A stretch of 40,728 nt of DNA, from positions 1-40,728 of the forward strand of contig NZUB01000049.1 of the NCBI GenBank assembly GCA_002696965.1, written 5' to 3'. The stretch is from Flavobacteriales bacterium. Its GTDB lineage: Bacteria; Bacteroidota; Bacteroidia; Flavobacteriales; TMED113. This document shows positions 1 through 9,164 of this stretch, piece after piece. Under the pieces are notes generated by a model that made no database searches, was not told the origin of the DNA, and saw only the letters and a program-made list of their open reading frames with translations. How positions within the stretch are numbered: position 1 is the first letter of the stretch; every line of letters starts with the position of its first letter. The translations under genes were made by a program, and so were the position numbers.

Positions 1-585
1 TGGGATATTATTATGAAATTAGATGCAGATTTAGTTTTACCCTCTAATTATTTGGAACATATTGTCAATGAATTTACTAATAACTCTAAAGCAGGTGTTT
101 GTGGGGGGGTGTGTGTATTAGAAAATAATGGTATACATAATATTGAGAAACAAACTAATTTAGATCATGTTCGTGGTGCGATTAAAGCTTATAGAAGAGA
201 ATGTTTTCAAGAAATGGGTGGATTAATAAAAAATATGGGATGGGACACTGTAGATGAGCATCATGCTAGATTCAACGGTTGGGATGTTATAGTTAAACCT
301 AAATTACAGGTGATTCACCAAAGACCTACTCATAAAGAATTTGGTTATTTGAAGGCTGCGTTTCGGAATGGTCAGATGTTATATTCAATACGCATGGACT
401 TTATATTATTAATCGGTAATTGTGTTAAAATTTTATTTAAGTCGCCATATGTTTTATTAGCGTTATCTATGTTTTTTGGTTATGTAATAGCACTTTTTAA
501 GAGAAAAAATTATATTGTCAGTAAAGATTTAGGCAAGTTTATTCGTAGATATAGATATAAACATTTTTTTAATAGAATTAGTTAA
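1..585 (+). CDS. Glycosyltransferase family 2-like protein, C-terminal part (5' end outside window)
   Basis: The frame is open from base 1 (WDII precedes the track ATG at 13). It has an LDADLVL DxD-type motif and an HVRGAIKAYRRECF...GWDTVDE block typical of GT2 enzymes. The C-terminus carries hydrophobic helices. Confidence 0.6.
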   Translation, partial: WDIIMKLDADLVLPSNYLEHIVNEFTNNSKAGVCGGVCVLENNGIHNIEKQTNLDHVRGAIKAYRRECFQEMGGLIKNMGWDTVDEHHARFNGWDVIVKPKLQVIHQRPTHKEFGYLKAAFRNGQMLYSIRMDFILLIGNCVKILFKSPYVLLALSMFFGYVIALFKRKNYIVSKDLGKFIRRYRYKHFFNRIS

Positions 586-1006
586 CTCTACTCCATCTAG
601 TTGTTTTGCCTATTAAACTAAAACCAAGATAGCCTCTCATAAAAAGAGTGTCTTTTCCCTCTAGTTTTGCGTTTAGACTATAAGTTTTCCCACTTCTTGC
701 ATCATATATTGTTCCATTTGACCATTGGTTGTCTCCTGTGAATTTTAATTGTTGAATTATAATTAAATTTTGAATAGTTCTTTGCCTTAAACTTTCATCG
801 GGATTTTCTTTATCCAATTTAATTTCTCCCTTCTCATTAAAAGGTTCAGCTAGCCAAACAATTTTCCCTTCGTATGTATTACGATCGATTTGGTAGATTT
901 CTATATGAGACTGCTTTTTTTCTTCTAACCAAATGCCACAAATCAGATTAGATTGTTGTCCAATTAATATAATTGGAAATAATAGTATAATTAACCTAAT
1001 AATCAT
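578..1006 (-). CDS. DUF2147 domain-containing secreted protein
   Basis: N-terminal signal-like helix. GIW...GKIVW...DKENPD...NGTIYDARSGKTYSLNAKL...LFMRGYLG...GKTTRWSRV matches the DUF2147 consensus pattern. It starts 1 nt after the upstream peptidase stop, so it is probably co-transcribed. Confidence 0.75.
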   Translation of the reverse strand: MIIRLIILLFPIILIGQQSNLICGIWLEEKKQSHIEIYQIDRNTYEGKIVWLAEPFNEKGEIKLDKENPDESLRQRTIQNLIIIQQLKFTGDNQWSNGTIYDARSGKTYSLNAKLEGKDTLFMRGYLGFSLIGKTTRWSRVN

Positions 1007-1007
1007 T

Positions 1008-4000
1008 TTAAAATGCTCTATTTAAGCCAAAGATACATCTTAGTTTTATTGAATTTTCTGTTGATGGCGAATGATTGACGTAAAGAGGTAAGTCGACTCT
1101 AAGTACTAATGGCTCACTATCTAGAACATGATCCCATAATCTTGATAATTCCCATGAGAAACCCATTCCCAAGTCCATATGAGGACGACTAAATGCTATT
1201 TTTTCAGTAGTATTATTTTCATTCATAACTCCCACATCCATAAATATGTAAGAGCTTAAGCCCCAGTAGTTTAATTTTGGTATTTTACTTGTATAATCAA
1301 TTTCAGTGTTAAATGCTATTCCGGATGTTCCCTGGTATATATTAACACTTCCATCATCAGTTGGTTCTGTCATATAATAGCCACTGAACCCTCTTAAGTT
1401 TAATCCTCCTCCCATATGAAAAGTTCCACTGTTATTACTGTAACCTGTCCAGTCATTTGGAATCCAACCTTTTGATCTAGTAAATGGATTCTCCATTAAG
1501 CTTTCTGGGTTACTACCTGCAGCATATAACATGCTTTCTAAAGGAAAATTACTTCCAAAACCTCTTTGAATAAAGAATCTTGTATGTATTTGATAACCAC
1601 TAATTGAATTTCTATTGATTGCTTCTAATGTTAATTGAGCAAAATCATAATCACTCATAATAGATGATGATTTTAATGATAATTGAATATTTCCATGTCC
1701 ACTTAGTTTATTGTTTTGCAGGTAATAGTATTTATGGGCTATGTTAACTGTAATATTAGTATTTTTCTTTTCTGGTATCCACAAGTCGTTATATATGAGG
1801 TAGTTTAAATCAGAATCATCTTTTCTTTCAAATCCACTTAGCGAAACATCTAAAGTATTCATTTTACTCCTATCTTTTATATTATAACCAATAGAAAAAT
1901 AACTCAGTCCATCTAATTCACTTGCTGCTAATCTTAATCTACTATTTTTAACATATTTATACATTGATGTAGAGTATTTAATTTGATAGGATACTTTATC
2001 ATTTTGCGCATTACCATCAAATTCGTCACCTTTCATTGCCCCTGTATTTAACCACATGTTGGCATTTAACACATGATGTTTTTTTAGATAATGACCATTA
2101 ACACTTGTTCCAATTTTTACACCATCAAAACTATTATACCAAAGACCTGGTCTTGTTTTTAATTCATATTTTCTTAGATTGGCCCATTTATGAACTCCAT
2201 AATCTAAGGAGAAATCAATATTGCCATTAAATCTATTATTAATCATATATGAATCTGCAAGTTTACCGCTCATGTCAATCATAATATTTTTTACTCCGGA
2301 TGGAATATGTGTTTTAAAAGTATATTCTTTATTTAAATTACCATAACCAATCCATCTAGGTAAAACAGTTGCTGATGTTTTTTTCACAAACCAATTATTG
2401 GGAATATGAAAATTGTATCTCATTCCAAATTTTGAATCAATAGTCAGGTCAATTGGCATTTCCATTTCTCCTTTTCTTGCAATAGTTACTGCAACAGTAT
2501 CATTAGATAATCTTTCAACTCTTTTTATTGCATAATCAAGGTCTTTATTTGTGTCTAACCATTGATCAAAAAACCAATTTAAATCTACTTTAGTAAATTG
2601 AATTATTGAGTTTCTGAAATCATTAAGATATGGATGAGCAATTTTCCATGTCTCAAAATAATTTTTCATTGCAGCAAGAAATAATTCATCACCTAATACA
2701 TATTGTAAATTGTACAGCATTGTAGCTGTTTTCCCATAGACATGTGTATATGATCCTCTATGAGCAAGTGATCCACCGAAATCATGAGAGTGAGTATTTA
2801 GTTTAGGTGTATTGTTTTCGGAGGCATCCATGGTATACCTATAAAATGCGTCATCATCTTTTGCGTCTAATTGATTAGTGTGTGAATCATAGTATTTATT
2901 AAGAAATGTTTTATTGTTTTTGAGCCATTTTATTCTGTCTAATACATCTACATTTTGATTATCTAATATAGTGTCGTTCACATAGGATGCATCTTTAGTC
3001 ATATATTTTCCTTCAATTTTTTCTGTGCCCCAAGCAGTTAAAAATTGTGTAAATCCTTCATCTAGTGCAGCACGATATGTTTCGTTATTGCCAATTTGCC
3101 CAAAAAACCACATGTGCGCAATTTCATGAATCAACAGACCTCTATACCCCGGATCACGACCACTATCTAAAGTAATCATTGGGTATTCCATGCCTGATCT
3201 AGCATCTGCAACAATAATTTTGTGATATGTATACATGCCAAAGTCTTGAGAAAAAACTTCAACTATTTCTGCAGCATAATCAGCTGCATTTTGCCATTTT
3301 GCGGCATGTTGCTCTTGTGCAAGGGAATAAGCTTTGATGCCATTCCAATCTGCAACACCAATCCTATAGCTAGGGTCCGCAGTGAATGCAAAGTCATGGA
3401 CATTTTCTGCATGAAATTTCCATGTTTTTTTCTTATCTGGGTTATATCTGATGATAGTTGACGGTGGAGTGTTATATTTTTTTGTAGCAAAATTTTTGAT
3501 ATCTAATTTTTTCATCAATTCTTCCGGTAATACTTCATCACGATTCGTCATATAACCAGTTGCCTCTACAATATAGTTTTCTGGAAATGTTAACTCAACG
3601 TCAAAACAACCGAAATTACCATAAAATTCTTTGCCTAAATGTTGATCGGTTGTCCAGCCAAATTTACTATCATATACTGAAATCCGAGGATACCAATGTA
3701 CACCATTGTAATGTTTATTTCCATATTCTGTATAGGTTTTCATTCTTCTTCTCACATTTCCAGCAGACTCCTCTCCTCCGAAGTATGATTCAAAATTGAT
3801 ATCAAATTTGATTGTTTCCCCACTTTTTAAAGGTTTTTCTAAATAAACCTTCATGATTGTATTGTCAATTTCAATGTCTAAACTTTTATCATTAGACTTG
3901 ATACTTAAAATTTCAAGATTTTTCTTTTTCAATTCATCTTCTCTAAATCTAGTAAGCATTTTATTACTTTTTCTAAATTTATCTAGATAAGAATCGGGTT

Positions 4001-4367
4001 CGAATGCATTTGCATAAAGATGAAAGAATACATGTTCAAGCTCATCAGGGGAGTTATTAGTGTAAATTAATTGTTGATTTGCTTTAATCATATTATCCGT
4101 GTCAATGATTTCTGCTTCAATTATGTAGTGAACATCTTGTTGCCAGTATCCCTCATGCGGCATTTTATTTTTCCAATAATTAGGATTTTGGGGTGAAGCA
4201 TAAGTATTTGGTTTTGTGAGTGGATTATAGCTTATTGTAGGTTTTTTCACAATAGTTGTATCAGGATTTTGTATTAGACTGTCAACGGTATTATAATTAG
4301 TGTCACCATTTTGTGCGTTTGTTGAAAACAGTATGAGAAAAGATAAAATTGAAAGTAATTTTTTCAT
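1008..4367 (-). CDS. M1-family zinc metallopeptidase with C-terminal Omp85-like outer-membrane beta-barrel region (1119 aa)
   Basis: Signal peptide MKKLLSILSFLILFSTNAQ. It has a GMEYP motif (GxMEN variant), HEIAH at residues 414-418 (nt 3114-3128) and the third zinc ligand in ALDEGF (E437). The C-terminal ~400 aa is rich in beta-strand pattern, contains GGGLNLRGFSGY (nt 1377-1412) and ends ...CIFGLNRAF. Confidence 0.8.
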   Translation of the reverse strand: MKKLLSILSFLILFSTNAQNGDTNYNTVDSLIQNPDTTIVKKPTISYNPLTKPNTYASPQNPNYWKNKMPHEGYWQQDVHYIIEAEIIDTDNMIKANQQLIYTNNSPDELEHVFFHLYANAFEPDSYLDKFRKSNKMLTRFREDELKKKNLEILSIKSNDKSLDIEIDNTIMKVYLEKPLKSGETIKFDINFESYFGGEESAGNVRRRMKTYTEYGNKHYNGVHWYPRISVYDSKFGWTTDQHLGKEFYGNFGCFDVELTFPENYIVEATGYMTNRDEVLPEELMKKLDIKNFATKKYNTPPSTIIRYNPDKKKTWKFHAENVHDFAFTADPSYRIGVADWNGIKAYSLAQEQHAAKWQNAADYAAEIVEVFSQDFGMYTYHKIIVADARSGMEYPMITLDSGRDPGYRGLLIHEIAHMWFFGQIGNNETYRAALDEGFTQFLTAWGTEKIEGKYMTKDASYVNDTILDNQNVDVLDRIKWLKNNKTFLNKYYDSHTNQLDAKDDDAFYRYTMDASENNTPKLNTHSHDFGGSLAHRGSYTHVYGKTATMLYNLQYVLGDELFLAAMKNYFETWKIAHPYLNDFRNSIIQFTKVDLNWFFDQWLDTNKDLDYAIKRVERLSNDTVAVTIARKGEMEMPIDLTIDSKFGMRYNFHIPNNWFVKKTSATVLPRWIGYGNLNKEYTFKTHIPSGVKNIMIDMSGKLADSYMINNRFNGNIDFSLDYGVHKWANLRKYELKTRPGLWYNSFDGVKIGTSVNGHYLKKHHVLNANMWLNTGAMKGDEFDGNAQNDKVSYQIKYSTSMYKYVKNSRLRLAASELDGLSYFSIGYNIKDRSKMNTLDVSLSGFERKDDSDLNYLIYNDLWIPEKKNTNITVNIAHKYYYLQNNKLSGHGNIQLSLKSSSIMSDYDFAQLTLEAINRNSISGYQIHTRFFIQRGFGSNFPLESMLYAAGSNPESLMENPFTRSKGWIPNDWTGYSNNSGTFHMGGGLNLRGFSGYYMTEPTDDGSVNIYQGTSGIAFNTEIDYTSKIPKLNYWGLSSYIFMDVGVMNENNTTEKIAFSRPHMDLGMGFSWELSRLWDHVLDSEPLVLRVDLPLYVNHSPSTENSIKLRCIFGLNRAF

Positions 4368-4430
4368 GTGTTTAATTTAATTTTTCACTAAGATACTAAA
4401 TTATAATTTTTATGAGACATGTATTGATTT

Positions 4431-5270
4431 TTATGTACTCAACATACTTAAATCAATACTCTTAACAGAGTGAGTTAAGCTGCCAATGGAGATAAAGTTT
4501 ACTCCACATTTAGCATATTTTTTCACATTTTTAATATTAATATTACCTGATGACTCTAATGGAATTAAGTTATTAACTCTGTCTACTGCATCTTTTGTCA
4601 TTTGTATTGAAAAGTTATCAAGGAGGATTCTATTAATTCCACCAATATTTAACACCTTATTTAACTCGTTAAAGTTTCGGACTTCTACAATGATGGGGAT
4701 CTCTTTATTAATTTTTTTATTAAATATTTGACAGTTTTTAATAGCATTTTCTATGCCACCAGAAAAATCTATATGATTATCTTTAATCATCATTTCATCA
4801 TATAGACCAAATCTATGATTATGCCCCCCACCTAATCGAACAGCTTCTTTATCTAAGAAACGAATAGTTGGGCAGGTTTTTCTTGTGTCAAGTATTTTAA
4901 CATTATAATTTTTAACTGCTTTTACAAATTCTCTTGTTTTAGTAGTAATACCAGACATACGTTGCATGCAATTAAGTATTAATCTTTCTGTAGCTAATAT
5001 TGCATGTTTATTGCCTTGTATTGTGAATATTATGTCATTTTTTTTAACAAATTGACCTTCATTAACAATAGATTTAAATATTAAATTTTCATCATAGAAT
5101 TCATATATATGTTGTGCTAAATTTATCCCTGAAATATAACATGCCTCTTTTGTGATTAATTTGGCTTCCCCAATCGTTCCTTTAGTGATACAAGCATTTG
5201 ATGTTAAATCACCTTGTCCCACATCCTCTTCTAATGATTTTTTAATAAAGTCTTTAATTATTTTTTTCAT
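4431..5270 (-). CDS. nadC: Nicotinate-nucleotide diphosphorylase (carboxylating) / quinolinate phosphoribosyltransferase
   Basis: LEEDVGQGDLTS N-terminal motif, ILDTRKTCPTIR, AVRLGGGHNHRFGLYDEMMIKDNHI and a 279-aa length are typical of NadC. Confidence 0.9.
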   Translation of the reverse strand: MKKIIKDFIKKSLEEDVGQGDLTSNACITKGTIGEAKLITKEACYISGINLAQHIYEFYDENLIFKSIVNEGQFVKKNDIIFTIQGNKHAILATERLILNCMQRMSGITTKTREFVKAVKNYNVKILDTRKTCPTIRFLDKEAVRLGGGHNHRFGLYDEMMIKDNHIDFSGGIENAIKNCQIFNKKINKEIPIIVEVRNFNELNKVLNIGGINRILLDNFSIQMTKDAVDRVNNLIPLESSGNINIKNVKKYAKCGVNFISIGSLTHSVKSIDLSMLST

Positions 5271-5325
5271 TGATATAGTTATATTTACTACAGCTACAAA
5301 TTAGTAAATTTATTTATACGATTAC

Positions 5326-5766
5326 ATGAAACTAAGTTTTATATTTTTAGGTAAAAAAAAACTAGAATCTTATGACTTACTCATGAGTAAGTATTTCAAA
5401 AGGTTAAATAGTTTTATTAATTCCGATGTTTTATTTATAAATGAAAAAAATAATTTAAAATTGGAAAAAAAAATTTCCACCTTGCTTAAATCTAGAGATT
5501 TATTAGTTGTTTTAGATGAAAAAGGAATTCATATGAGTAGTGATAAATATGCTTTTTTCTTAAATGAAAAATTAAAACAATTTAATACCATTTTCTTCTT
5601 AGTTGGAGCTTCTTATGGCGTCCCTTTAAATATCATAAAACAAGCCAATTTTACAATTTCATTATCTAAAATGACCTTGCCTCATTTAATAGCTAGATTA
5701 GTGTTAGTGGAACAAACTTATCGCGCATTGACTATTCTAAATAATCACCCTTATCATCATGAATAA
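5326..5766 (+). CDS. rlmH: 23S rRNA (pseudouridine1915-N3)-methyltransferase
   Basis: SPOUT-type RlmH pattern: VLDEKG..MSS..FA, VGASYGVP, LSLSKMTLPH and a C-terminal HPYHHE. Length 146 aa. Confidence 0.85.
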   Translation: MKLSFIFLGKKKLESYDLLMSKYFKRLNSFINSDVLFINEKNNLKLEKKISTLLKSRDLLVVLDEKGIHMSSDKYAFFLNEKLKQFNTIFFLVGASYGVPLNIIKQANFTISLSKMTLPHLIARLVLVEQTYRALTILNNHPYHHE

Positions 5767-6334
5767 ATATATATTAGCTTCTTCCAATAATAATAAAATT
5801 ACAGAGATAGCTTCACAATTAAAGAACATTGATATACTTAGTTTATCAGACTTAGGTTATTTTGATGAGATTAATGAGACGGGTTTGACTTTAGAAGAAA
5901 ACGCATTGCTTAAGTCTCAAACTATTTATAAAATTTATAAAATTGATACTATTGCGGATGATACTGGTTTGGAAGTAGATTGTTTATCAGGAGAGCCAGG
6001 GGTGTTTTCAGCTAGATATGCAGGTGTTTATGGTGATTCTCAACTCAATATTAAAAAATTATTACAAAAAATGGATAATAATAGTAATAGGAAAGCTAAG
6101 TTTCGAACTGTAATTTGTTTAAAAACGGGTACAAAAGAATTGTTTTTTGAAGGGGTTTGTTGTGGTCATATTTCTCATAAACCAATAGGTTTGAATGGGT
6201 TTGGATATGATTCTGTTTTTATTCCCAATGGTTATAAAAAAACATTTGCACAAATGTCGTTATTAGAAAAAAATAAAATTAGCCATAGATTTAAAGCAGT
6301 TAGACAATTAATTAATTATCTACAATCTCTATAG
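5759..6334 (+). CDS. rdgB: Non-canonical purine NTP pyrophosphatase (RdgB/HAM1 family)
   Basis: ASSNNNKITE, ADDTGLEVDCLSGEPGVFSARYAG, GFGYDSVFIP and SHR motifs. It overlaps the rlmH stop by 8 nt. Confidence 0.85.
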   Translation: MNKYILASSNNNKITEIASQLKNIDILSLSDLGYFDEINETGLTLEENALLKSQTIYKIYKIDTIADDTGLEVDCLSGEPGVFSARYAGVYGDSQLNIKKLLQKMDNNSNRKAKFRTVICLKTGTKELFFEGVCCGHISHKPIGLNGFGYDSVFIPNGYKKTFAQMSLLEKNKISHRFKAVRQLINYLQSL

Positions 6335-7273
6335 TGATATATTTTCTATTTGTTCGGTGATAAAGTCAGTAATATTAATATTAGCACATTTTAACATCTG
6401 GGGGACAATACTTTTTTCAGAAAAACCAGGGATAGTATTGATTTCAATGATGTATGGTTTTTTATTTTTAACAATAAAGTCAATTCGAATAATTCCTGCT
6501 AAATTCAATTCTATATATAATTTTTTACTGATTGTTATTATTTTTTCCTTAATTGTCTTAGAAATTTCAGCAGGTGTTTTTTCAATTGATTGATCATGAT
6601 ATTTAGCTTCATAGTCAAAGATGTCATTTTGACTAATAATCTCAGTTAATGGTAGAGTAGTAATCTGTGAATTAGATTGATACACAGCACAGGTGATTTC
6701 TCGCCCCTCAATAAATTCTTCTATAATTATTTGATTGCCATGTTCTTGTGCTTTTTTGATAGCACTAGGGATTTCTGTGTTGTTATATACTTTTGAAATT
6801 CCAAAACTAGAACCACTACAACTAGGTTTAATAATACAAGGGAATTCTATTCTAGATTGTAATTTATAAATCTGAGAATTAGGTACATTATAGCCTAATG
6901 ATTGTAAATATTTATTACAATTATACTTGTTAAATGTTAATGTGGATGCAGATTCATCTGACGATGTATAGGGAATTTTTTTATTTTCAAAATACTTACA
7001 TAGTTTCCCATTTTCACCTGGTTCACCATGAATCATCATAAATATTTTGTGAAATATGATAATTTCATTATTTAATTGAAATGAAAAATTATTAGTATCT
7101 ACTGTGTATTGCGTGTCATCTATTATTACTTGAAATTCACTTGTGTTTACACATAAAACCAGAAATGCATTATATTTCTTCTTATCTATATGTTTTTTGA
7201 TAGTTTGCGCACTTTGTATAGAAATTTCTCTTTCTTCAGATGTGCCACCCATAAGAATTGCAATATTTTTCAT
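6329..7273 (-). CDS. ddl: D-alanine--D-alanine ligase
   Basis: MKNIAILMGGTSEEREISIQSA start, HGEPGENG, the ATP-grasp region IIKPSCSGSSFGISKV and EINTIPGFS. The track start at 7297 is a TTG. The ATG at 7273 gives the canonical Ddl N-terminus. Confidence 0.9.
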   Translation of the reverse strand: MKNIAILMGGTSEEREISIQSAQTIKKHIDKKKYNAFLVLCVNTSEFQVIIDDTQYTVDTNNFSFQLNNEIIIFHKIFMMIHGEPGENGKLCKYFENKKIPYTSSDESASTLTFNKYNCNKYLQSLGYNVPNSQIYKLQSRIEFPCIIKPSCSGSSFGISKVYNNTEIPSAIKKAQEHGNQIIIEEFIEGREITCAVYQSNSQITTLPLTEIISQNDIFDYEAKYHDQSIEKTPAEISKTIKEKIITISKKLYIELNLAGIIRIDFIVKNKKPYIIEINTIPGFSEKSIVPQMLKCANINITDFITEQIENISL

Positions 7274-7351
7274 TATTATTATAATTAGAATAACCAACTA
7301 AATATAAAATTTGTTTTTTAAATTTTATATCTATTCTTGAAATAGAATAAA

Positions 7352-7359
7352 TATCTTTG
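7352..7359 (+). promoter_or_regulatory. Candidate Bacteroidota -7 promoter box (TATCTTTG)
   Basis: Exact TAnnTTTG match 17 nt upstream of the ATG at 7377, in the ddl/PASTA divergent intergenic region. Confidence 0.4.
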
Positions 7360-7376
7360 TTAAAAATTAACTATTA

Positions 7377-8132
7377 ATGAAATTAAATTTTAGATTTCAA
7401 ATTTTTTTATTTTCGATTGGAATTTTCTTTGCAATTTGTTTTTTTAAAGTAGTTGATTTAAGTCTTAAAAAATATACATTGCACCATGAAATTATTACTG
7501 TTCCTAGTTTAATCGGATTGAATATATCTCAAGTTGAAGATACTATTTTAGAATATGGCTTGCAATTTATAATTTTAGATTCCGCAGCTTATGATCCAGG
7601 TTATGCAAGAGGATCAGTCTTGTCGCATAGCCCAAAACCAGGTTCTGAAGTTAAGCCTGGTCGAAAAATATACCTTACTACAAACCCTATTACTGTTAAT
7701 TATATATCATTTCCAGAACTGATTAATAAATCTTTACGCCAGACCATAAATTTATTAGAAAACAATGCTTTTAGATTAGGAAATTTATATTATGTTGATC
7801 ATTTTGCAAAGGATGTTCTAATTTTCGCTACACATAATGGTATGAAAATTCATTTTAATGATAGTTTGCCAAAATTTTCAATAATTGATTTGCACTTAGG
7901 TAATGGTTATGAATTAGATGTGACTACACCAAATCTTATTGGACTTAGTTTAAAGGATGTCAAAAAAAAATTAAATAATACATCATTAAATGTAGGTGAT
8001 GTATATCTTGATTTCAATGATAATGATAGTTTGGCTAGTGTGGTGTATAAGCAAGATCCTATATTAAATACTAAATTAACTTTGGGTTCTTTTATATCCG
8101 TCTGGGCTAAAGATTCTATAATTAATAAATAG
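7377..8132 (+). CDS. Membrane-anchored PASTA-domain protein (three PASTA repeats, no kinase or PBP domain)
   Basis: N-terminal TM helix followed by three ~65-aa repeats that begin VPSLIGLNISQV, FPELINKSLRQT and TPNLIGLSLKDV. Confidence 0.7.
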   Translation: MKLNFRFQIFLFSIGIFFAICFFKVVDLSLKKYTLHHEIITVPSLIGLNISQVEDTILEYGLQFIILDSAAYDPGYARGSVLSHSPKPGSEVKPGRKIYLTTNPITVNYISFPELINKSLRQTINLLENNAFRLGNLYYVDHFAKDVLIFATHNGMKIHFNDSLPKFSIIDLHLGNGYELDVTTPNLIGLSLKDVKKKLNNTSLNVGDVYLDFNDNDSLASVVYKQDPILNTKLTLGSFISVWAKDSIINK

Positions 8133-8137
8133 TTTAT

Positions 8138-9163
8138 ATGCTAAGTAATGATCAAATGTTAGATAATGAAATGTATGAACATCATTTTTTTGAAGTTGAA
8201 AAAAATCATGATTTAATAAGAATTGATAAATTTTTATTACTTCGAATCTCAAATACTACTCGTACTAAAATTCAAAAATCTATTTCAGCTGGTAATGTTT
8301 TTTGTAATAACTCTCTAGTAAAATCAAATTATAAAGTTAAACCTAATGATAAAATTAGTATTCGTTTTGAATATGAACCTTATAATAAAGAGATTATTCC
8401 AGAAAATATACCCTTAGATGTTGTATTTGAAGATAATGATATTGTTATTATAAATAAACCTAGTAATATGGTGGTTCATCCGAGTTATGGTCATTACTCA
8501 GGTACCCTTATACATGCACTTTTACATAGATTTAAAGACATAAAAGTTAATAATGATAATCAGCGACCAGGCTTGGTACATAGATTAGATAAAAATACTA
8601 CTGGTTTAATAGTTATTGCAAGAAATGAAGATGCATTGACCTATCTTTCAGCACAATTTGCATCTAGGACCATCAAAAGAACTTATGTAGCATTGGTTTG
8701 GGGTGATGTTAAAGAGGAAAAAGGTACTATTACGGGTAATATTGGAAGAAATAAAAAGAACAGAAAGATTATGACTGTTTTTCAAGATGAAAATGAGGGA
8801 AAGCATGCAGTTACTCATTATGAAGTATTAGAACGATTTAGATATGTTACACTAGTTAAGTGTCATTTAGAAACTGGTAGAACTCATCAAATTAGAGTTC
8901 ATATGAAGCATATTGGTCATCCCCTTTTTAATGACAATGAATATGGTGGAGATAAAATACTAAGAGGCACTACATTTTCAAAATATAAGCAATTTGTACA
9001 AAATTGTTTTCAGATTTTACCTCGTCAAGCATTACATGCAACTAACTTATCTTTACGACACCCTAAAAATGATGAGCTTGTTTCATTTCAAGTTGATTTA
9101 CCCGCTGATTTGCATAATGTTGTTGATAGATGGCGAAAATATGTTTATCATCAGTTACAATAA
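8138..9163 (+). CDS. rluD: RluA-family ribosomal large-subunit pseudouridine synthase (RluD-like)
   Basis: S4-like N-terminal domain (RIDKFLL), catalytic HRLDKNTTGL and GRTHQIRVH motifs. Length 341 aa. Confidence 0.85.
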   Translation: MLSNDQMLDNEMYEHHFFEVEKNHDLIRIDKFLLLRISNTTRTKIQKSISAGNVFCNNSLVKSNYKVKPNDKISIRFEYEPYNKEIIPENIPLDVVFEDNDIVIINKPSNMVVHPSYGHYSGTLIHALLHRFKDIKVNNDNQRPGLVHRLDKNTTGLIVIARNEDALTYLSAQFASRTIKRTYVALVWGDVKEEKGTITGNIGRNKKNRKIMTVFQDENEGKHAVTHYEVLERFRYVTLVKCHLETGRTHQIRVHMKHIGHPLFNDNEYGGDKILRGTTFSKYKQFVQNCFQILPRQALHATNLSLRHPKNDELVSFQVDLPADLHNVVDRWRKYVYHQLQ

Positions 9164-9164
9164 G

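Noticed and set aside
3222-3799. Four 75-79-aa ORFs (3222-3461 +, 3263-3490 -, 3560-3799 +, and similar) inside the M1 peptidase gene.
   Set aside because: They lie entirely within a well-supported 1119-aa CDS and translate to low-complexity sequence with no motifs. They are typical shadow ORFs.
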